From: Nemertoderma westbladi
Taxonomy: Eukaryota > Animalia > Xenacoelomorpha
Length of the DNA: 58,351 nucleotides
Direction of reading: 5' to 3'
Assembly: GCA_032718475.1 (NCBI GenBank)
Contig: JAUCBJ010004434.1
Location: 1-58,351 of the forward strand
The position numbers and the translations under genes are program-made. Every line of letters begins with the position of its first letter. The first letter of the stretch is position 1. Of the stretch, positions 41,301 to 50,300 are shown one piece after another. Below the pieces are notes generated by a model that did not search any database, was not told where the DNA came from, and saw only the letters and a list, made by a program, of their open reading frames with translations.

Positions 41301-44300
41301 TTAACTGCTAGCAGACCTGGTGACTCGAAGTGTCTGGGACAATCAGAGGGTGGCGGCTCCTCGTGTGCCCATGACAACCGTTGGAGTCAGTACTTGAGGA
41401 GCGGTGCGACACAAGAAGACCGGAGGTGGGCATTTGGCACCCAGATGGTGTCTGGTACACCGAGGCCCAAATACATATCCGCCACCAATCCATTATAACC
41501 AAGCCACTGAATTAAGGCACTATATTCCAGGACATGGTGTATATACCTCTTTTCAAATAGACCTACTGTATAATCAATTTCGAAAAATTTGAAACTTGTT
41601 TGTTTATGTTTAGTCTCACATAATGTAGAATGCCATCCATGCAATAACGGAACTACAGTATCCTGTTTGAGCTCCCGTGCCTGGTAGGATTTATTTATTC
41701 TATATTACCTTGTTAATACCCCAAAAAAGTCTATAAAAATATATTCGGATCACTTTCAATTTTATGTTTCTTTTCTTTGGATTTGGCTGGTACAAAATTT
41801 GAAGCTTAACACTATGTACTTCTTCTCTACAAAAATGGGGGTATGTAACCCAGTCTATCAGATTTGTCGACCCAAAAAACCTATATTCCCAAAAAATACC
41901 CAGCCATATGATAAAATATTGTAATTTTTAAACTAAAACAAAAAAATAAATTACACCTAAATTAAATAGAGCAATCCCAATTTTATTCGGTAACATTAGT
42001 GGAAATTATTACATTGCCCGGCAGTGGAATTATATAATTTTTATTTATAAATTACCTTAATATATCGGTAATTTTTTGATATTTAAAAATTTGATGCGAC
42101 TTCTAGTTTCCGAGATATAGCAATTAATGTGTAACACACCAGTGTAAATATTACTCATTCCCCATTGAATCACAGCTTATTGTGAAATTAATTAAATTAT
42201 TCTGGAACATTTACTAACTTGCTACTTACTCTCCCCTACTGTTCCTTTTGTTTCGCTTGTGTTATGCAAATGACTCGAATATAAGTCATAATGTAATTAA
42301 ATTAGCGACAATTTTGGACATTATTGCCATCGTTATTCACCAGGAATATCATACCAGGCACGATTGCTCCAAAAGGATATAACACAAAAAACATACTGAA
42401 GAAGCTAAGGGAAGCATAGTTGGAAGTTAAGAGCAAAAATACATGCATCGATTTAATGAGAAAAGGTAACACGATAATCTGAACAATTCATGCAGTTAGT
42501 ATGATGTAATTGATTAGAAATAGAGATTAGGCTTACCATTACGCCACTTGAGGGTGTTATTGATACCGATCAATTCAGTTGTTATAACTTTACTCATCGT
42601 TGAACGAGTTCGAATAAATTTTGGGAAGACTTCCCTTAAAGGACTGAGGAAGAAGGCAGTGGAAAACGTCATGTAAAAGGAACAGATGCAATCAGTGGAT
42701 GGAATATTAATGATTATATGAAGAGAAAATGATAAGGTGGTGGATGAGGAACACTGGGATGATGATAGTTTATGATGAAAAGTATGAAAATATGTTTAAA
42801 AAAAAGTTTAAAATAATATGAAAATTTCAATCAATTTAAGGAAGCAATTGAAATGAAAAGGAAAGCTATAAATCAAGCTGATATCCTCATATTTGAGTAT
42901 ATTAGATATTATATGAAAAAATTATACGTAAAATTGGAAAGATAAACTTGAAATGGTAATATTTGTAAAACTTCCTGAACTATTCAATATAATCTCCTAC
43001 TTGCTAACATCATATTCATAGGCATATAACGTACATCGGTTTGGCTTTCCAATCGCCCCTGAGCATAATGCTAAGCCATTGTCTTACAGGGAAACCGTGT
43101 TGGAGTTTGCTTGAGTACTTCCCAGTCACATATTCAGTCATTAAACTGGTTATCAGTGGTCGTACGAATCGCCACTCAAAATCTAAGAGGATAAATAAAT
43201 TACGTACATATAGCATACTCACATATTTCTGTTGATTTTACTGCTCAGGCTAAAATTGTACAGAACACCATTTAGAATAAAATTTACTGTACACCAGCTT
43301 ATAACACAAGCACATACAACACCCAAATAAAGGGACAAGTCGCATACGAAATCTACTTTCGCGTTTATTGTTTTGGTTAGAAGACACCGCCACTGCAACC
43401 TGCAACTTTCACTCAATTTTAATCACATTCTTAAATTATTACTTTTCCAAACACAAGGTCATTCGCGAAAATTTACTCCATTAACTCACGACAACATTCA
43501 AAGAAATACTTACATTGTGACATAGGAAATATAAACAACAGTATATATTTTGTAGTTGTATATAATTATTGCTTTACAGTCTCATATTCGTTATGTTACC
43601 AATAATTATGTCTTTTTCCGACATCAGTAGTTTCGTTTCCAAGGCTTTCCTCGCCGGGGGACTTATTCCCCATTGTGACGTAGAGTTTCCGCTAACTAAT
43701 ATTCGGGTTATATCTTTGGGTTCGTAGTTCATAAGGAATGTAAGTGAATCCTAAACGAGGAATATGAATAGTAAATGTTAAAGAAGAACGAGGTTGGGGC
43801 ACTAATTATTAACAACAACATTTTCTACATAATTATCTGAACGACAACTCTATTTCAGTATCAATAAAACAGCCCATCTATCTGCGGCGCTAATAATAAT
43901 TATTGCTTTAAAGCATCCATTTTTCATAAAAAAAGAAATGGTCAACACGTTGTAGAAAAATTTCCGCCCAAAACGATACAGTTATAATTTTGAAAGTTTA
44001 TTTATAATATGATCGAAATCACACCCAACCTAGCAAAAAGTACAAAGTTATAATGAATACAAAACTAAGTTGTTAAATATAACATTCTTACGGGATTATC
44101 TTCTAAATTATATTTCTCTTTAAACTCGACGAATGTCTCTTCGGTTAAAGCAGTTATTGTATCCTCTCTGGCCATCATCTTGAATATAGGTTGATATCCG
44201 CCAACAGTAACCATACATTCTAATGCTGCAAATATACAATACAACAGAGTCAACCAATACAACAGAGTCAACCAATACAACAGAGTCAACCAATACAACA

Positions 44301-47300
44301 GAGTCAACCAATACAACAGAGTCAACCAATACAACAGAGTCAACCAATACAACAGAGTCAACCAATACAACAGAGTCAACCAATACAACAGAGTCAACAA
44401 ATACAACAGAGTCAACTAATACAACAGAGTCAACCAATACAACAGAGTCAACCAATACAACAGAGTCAACAAATACAACAGAGTCAACCAATACAACAGA
44501 GTCAACCAATACAACAGAGTCAACCAATACAACAGAGTCAACCAATACAACAGAGTCAACCAATACAACAGAGTCAACCAATACAACAGAGTCAACAAAT
44601 ACAACAGAGTCAACCAATACAACAGAGTCAACCAATACAACAGAGCCAACCAATACAACAGAGTCAACAAATACAACAGAGTCAACCAATACAACAGAGT
44701 CAACCAATACAACAGAGTCAACCAATACAACAGAGTCAACCAATACAACAGAGTCAACCAATACAACAGAGTCAACCAATACAACAGAGTCAACCAATAC
44801 AACAGAGTCAACCAATACAACAGAGTCAACCAATACAACAGAGTCAACCAATATAACAGAGTCAACCAATACAACAGAGTCAACCAATACAACAGAGTCA
44901 ACAAATACAACAGAGTCAACTAATACAACAGAGTCAACCAATACAACAGAGTGAACCAATACAACAGAGTCAACCAATACAACAGAGTCAACAAATACAA
45001 CAGAGTCAACAAATACAACAGAGTCAACAAATACAACAGAGTCAACCAATACAACAGAGTCAACCAATACAACAGAGTCAACCAATACAACAGAGTCAAC
45101 CAATACAACAGAGTCAACCAATACAACAGAGTCAACAAATACAACAGAGTCAACCAATACAACAGAGTCAACAAATACAACAGAGTCAACCAATACAACA
45201 GAGTCAACCAATACAACAGAGTCAACCAATACAACAGAGTCAACAAATACAACAGAGTCAACTAATACAACAGAGTCAACCAATACAACAGAGTGAACCA
45301 ATACAACAGAGTGAACCAATACAACAGAGTCAACCAATAAAACAGAGTCAACCACCATTACAACAGAGTCAACCAATACAACAGAGTCAACCAATACAAC
45401 AGAGTCAACCAATACAACAGAGTCAATCAATACAACAGAGCCAACCAATACAAAAGAGTCAACCAATACAACAGAGTCAACCAATACAACAGAGTCAACC
45501 AATACAACAGAGTCAACCAATACAACAGAGTCAACCAATACAACAGAGTCAACCAATACAACAGAGTCAATCAATACAACAGAGCCAACCAATACAAAAG
45601 AGTCAACCAATACAACAGAGTCAACCAATACAACAGAGTCAACCAATACAACAGAGTCAACAAATACAACAGAGTCAACCAATACAACAGAGTCAACCAA
45701 TACAAAAGAGTCAACCAATACAACAGAGTGAACCAATACAACAGAGTGAACCAATACAACAGAGTCAACCAATAAAACAGAGTCAACCACCATTACAACA
45801 GAGTCAACCAATACAACAGAGTCAACAAATACAACAGAGTCAACCAATACAACAGAGTCAACCAATACAAAAGAGTCAACCAATACAACAGAGTCAACCA
45901 ATACAACAGAGTCAACCAATACAACAGAGTCAACCAATACAACAGAGTGAACCAATACAACAGAGTGAACCAATACAACAGAGTCAACCAATAAAACAGA
46001 GTCAACCACCATTACAACAGAGTCAACCAATACAACAGAGTCAACAAATACAACAGAGTCAACCAATACAACAGAGTCAACCAATACAAAAGAGTCAACC
46101 AATACAACAGAGTCAACCAATACAACAGAGTCAACCAATACAACAGAGTCAACCAATACAACAGAGTGAACCAATACAACAGAGTGAACCAATACAACAG
46201 AGTCAACCAATAAAACAGAGTCAACCACCATTACAACAGAGTCAACCAATACAACAGAGTCAACCAATACAACAGAGTCAATCAATACAACAGAGTCAAG
46301 GCGCGACTGTGGATAACCGGGCTTACAAGGCCCCACAGACGCCAGTGGAGAAACTGGCTTACAAGGCCCAACAGGAGCCAGTGGAGAACCGGGCTTACAA
46401 GGCCCCACAGGCGCCAGTGAAGAACCGGGCTTACAAGGCCCCACAGGCGCCAGTGGAGAACCGGGCTTACAAGGCCCCACAGGCGCCAGTGGAGAACCGG
46501 GCTTAAAATGCCCCACAGGCGCCAGTGGAGAACCGGGCTTACAAGGCCCCCCAGGCGCCAGTCTTCTTCCTGATGATGAACAGTTTTTTGACTTAAGGTG
46601 CTATGCTGGGTCCCCCAGCACTAGTGTGTCCGCCAGCACTGTGTATGGCTGACCATGAGATCTGGGGGTGCTATGCTGGGTCCCCCAGCACTAGTGTGTC
46701 CGCCAGCACTGTGTATGGCTGACCATGAGATCTGGGGGTGCTATGCTGGGTCCCCCAGCACTAGTGTGTCCGCCAGCACTGTGTATGGCTGACCATGAGA
46801 TCTGGGGGTGCTATGCTGGGTCCCCCAGCACTAGTGTGTCCGCCAGCACTGTGTATGGCTGACCATGAGATCTAGGGGTGCTATGCTGGGTCCCCCAGCA
46901 CTAGTGTGTCCGCCAGCACTGTGTATGGCTGACCATGAGATCTGGGGGTGCTATGCTGGGTCCCCCAGCACTAGTGTGTCCGCCAGCACTGTGTATGGCT
47001 GACCATGAGATCTGGGCGTGCTATGCTGGGTCCCCCAGCACTAGTGTGTCCGCCAGCACTGTGTATGGCTGACCATGAGATCTGGGGGTGCTATGCTGGG
47101 TCCCCCAGCACTAGTGTGTCCGCCAGCACTGTGTATGGCTGACCATGAGATCTGGGGGTGATATGCTGGGTCCCCCAGCACTAGTGTGTCCGCCAGCACT
47201 GTGTATGGCTGACCATGAGATCTGGGGGTGCTATGCTGGGTCCCCCAGCACTAGTGTGTCCGCCAGCACTGTGTATGGCTGACCATGAGATCTAGGGGTG

Positions 47301-50300
47301 CTATGCTGGGTCCCCCAGCACTAGTGTGTCCGCCAGCACTGTGTATGGCTGACCATGAGATCTGGGGGTGCTATGCTGGGTCCCCCAGCACTAGTGTGTC
47401 CGCCAGCACTGTGTATGGCTGACCATGAGATCTGGGCGTGCTATGCTGGGTCCCCCAGCACTAGTGTGTCCGCCAGCACTGTGTATGGCTGACCGTGAGA
47501 TCTGGGGGTGCTATGCTGGGTCCCCCAGCACTAGTGTGTCCGCCAGCACTGTGTATGGCTGACCATGAGATCTGGGGGTGCTATGCTGGGTCCCCCAGCA
47601 CTAGTGTGTCCGCCAGCACTGTGTATGGCTGACCATGAGATCTGGGGGTGCTATGCTGGGTCCCCCAGCACTAGTGTGTCCGCCAGCACTGTGTATGGCT
47701 GACCGTGAGATCTGGGGGGTGTTATGATGTGTTATGTTGTTAATTTATACTAACCGCTAGGAGGGTTGTCTAAACTAATCCGATTTAATAAACTCATAAA
47801 CAATAATGGGAACCAAACGATAAAAAACAATGTGAACACCGCCATTCCGCCCTTCATGTATTTGCCCATTGTCGATTTGGTTTCTGCTTTTTTGCTAGGA
47901 AAATCCTAAAAAAATAAAGTTAAAATTAGCGCATCGCATTGATTCTTTCAACGAAACCGCAATGTTTATAAGGAGTACGGCGGCGAAGCGGGGCCTTAGA
48001 CTTACGTCGTCAAACTTTTCTTCACATTTCATTATATATATTTGCGCGTAAATGTCCTCCATTTGTAGCCAATGGGTTAGTGACAAGGTTGTTTCTGTAA
48101 ACATCCAATCCATTAGGGTGCGTAATTCCAAAACAAACGGCAGAGTTGTAAATCTAATGAAACAACGAAAAAATACAAGTTATAACACTAATGATAAAAA
48201 CATAGATAAAGTAAATTATAAGTATATTATGCATCACTTTATATCCCACCATTCTATAAAGAACCACTTATTCCTATAGTTATTAAAACGCCGGGATATA
48301 AATAACAATATATTATCCCCCAACTTCTCGTATAATTTGACATTGAAGATAATGTTTAGGAATACAATTATATTGTTATGTTAACTAACTAAGAAGTGCA
48401 ACCCTTTGCTTGCTAACCCTTTGAATAGAATCATATTGAGGATGGAGTATTTCTTTGTTAGGAAGTTTCCAAGGATTCTCGTTGGATAGCCACACTTTAT
48501 CTGATAGGCAGAAAGTCCGAAATAAATGCAGCGAACGAAATACCACATCTGTGCTGGGAGATTCTCTGTAAACTGCCTGAGAAACAGACACAAATGTGTA
48601 AACAATATAATAGTGAAGCAAGAGTGATCGATACTAAGGACAATCAATCCGATAACCTCGGCTCTGTTGCATTGCGCCCAAATGAACCATCCTAAAATAT
48701 ATTTTACCCTCTATATCATTAAGAATCCACCATAAACCGTATCATCTACCCCCCCCCCCCCCCCCTCCCCCTCATTTTAAAACTCCGCCTTATAACTAAC
48801 TATTCTATTTAATTTCATTGTGCGTAATGTGTTGTGTGATATCGCACTTTTTTTCTTATAAATTTGTCAATATGTTTGGAGTAAAGAATTCAATACAAAA
48901 CATATTGCAGTAGTTTCACCTACTTACTTGTCTGTTATCATCGGTAAGAGGAAAAACAACCAGATGTGGATGACAGCGACCAGAAAGATCTGAAAGAGAA
49001 ACTTCCCGAGGACGAACTTTCGGAGATATAAAGCTCTATCGATAATAATAATAACGAACTGCAGTAGGAGCAGCAATAGGAAGGTCTCGGGAATTTTGTT
49101 CTCTGACAAGTTTTTCGTCATGTCTCCACCACCAGTTGACTACGAATGGAAAACAATAACAATTTATTTATCGCATTAAATGTTTACATCACTGATAATA
49201 AATTGAAACACAAGTTACGATATATATTAAATAGATATTGGTTACAAATGGGTGTACCGGTATTGGCGGTATTCGTATACAATCTTTTGAGAATTTCACA
49301 GAGTAATAAAATTAACGATCAGTTCGGGATAAGTTGTAAACCAACCGATTTTAAACAGTTGTTTTTAATTTATAATATTTATTTATAATATTAAAATAAA
49401 GGCTAAAAAAACACTTACTGCAAACGCCGACCAGCAAAATATCATAATGAGTGTCGAGATGACGTCACAGAAGAACATGGGGGCGTAAACGTCTGTGACA
49501 GCGCTGCTACTGGGGTCCGTCATTCGTCTGTAGAACTCCACCGCCGGTCTGAAGAATCGCTGAATTCTGAAAAGAGAAAAATAATAAATTAAAGAGCCGG
49601 TTATATTATATATATAAACAGCTGCTATGGGTTATGGATTCTTGATAGCATTTTATTAATAACAGCAAATCATTTTAAAGTTCTACTGAGAAATTTAATA
49701 TTCGCATTTTTACTCATTGCGTCTTCTACTTAACAGGCAATGCAGTCAGTCAAAGATTAAAACATACTTTAACATCATTGCTTCGGCAAATTCGGCTCCG
49801 GGAGGAAGAGGAATGTCTTCGATATCAGCGTCGTATTCAGCATCATCGTCATCAGCAACATCCAATGCAACAACTGGAAATTATATTAATCTTATAGATA
49901 TTAATTATAAAATCTAAGAATCTAACTGATTTAGTATTCCCTGAGAATACCATCCATCTTGAGAATTAACAAATTTACTATGTACAACGTAATCTCACAG
50001 GCAGACAGACATATTATTATAATAATATATATAAAACGTTCTGCCCGACAGACCGGGAATAAATAGGACCCCACAAATTAACCTACTAACTGTATATAAT
50101 ATACCGGCGCCTAATTCTGCACCGTTGTTGTTCCCTATTCACCGTATCGCTTCTCGGTCTCATACCTTGTCTCTTTGTGTTTAAACCGACAGACACCCTT
50201 TCTTTAAGGATTCCTTTTCCCTTTTGACTCCATTTTTAACCGAGTTACGCACCCCAATTTAAAACCCACCACCATTTCCCACCTTGTCTCTCTTTCTCCA

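Noticed and set aside
42341-42395. Possible third alternative cap exon ([13 protein letters not shown])
   Set aside because: It has AG/GT sites but lacks the FPK.IR motif, so support is insufficient.
44120-46516. 798-aa (VDSVVL)n and mucin-like (TTESTN)n ORFs
   Set aside because: Products of the 18- and 36-bp satellites, out of frame with or antisense to the real Piezo exon.
12108-47720. CRISPR-like arrays
   Set aside because: The units are head-to-tail with no unique spacers, there are no cas genes, and the context is eukaryotic.
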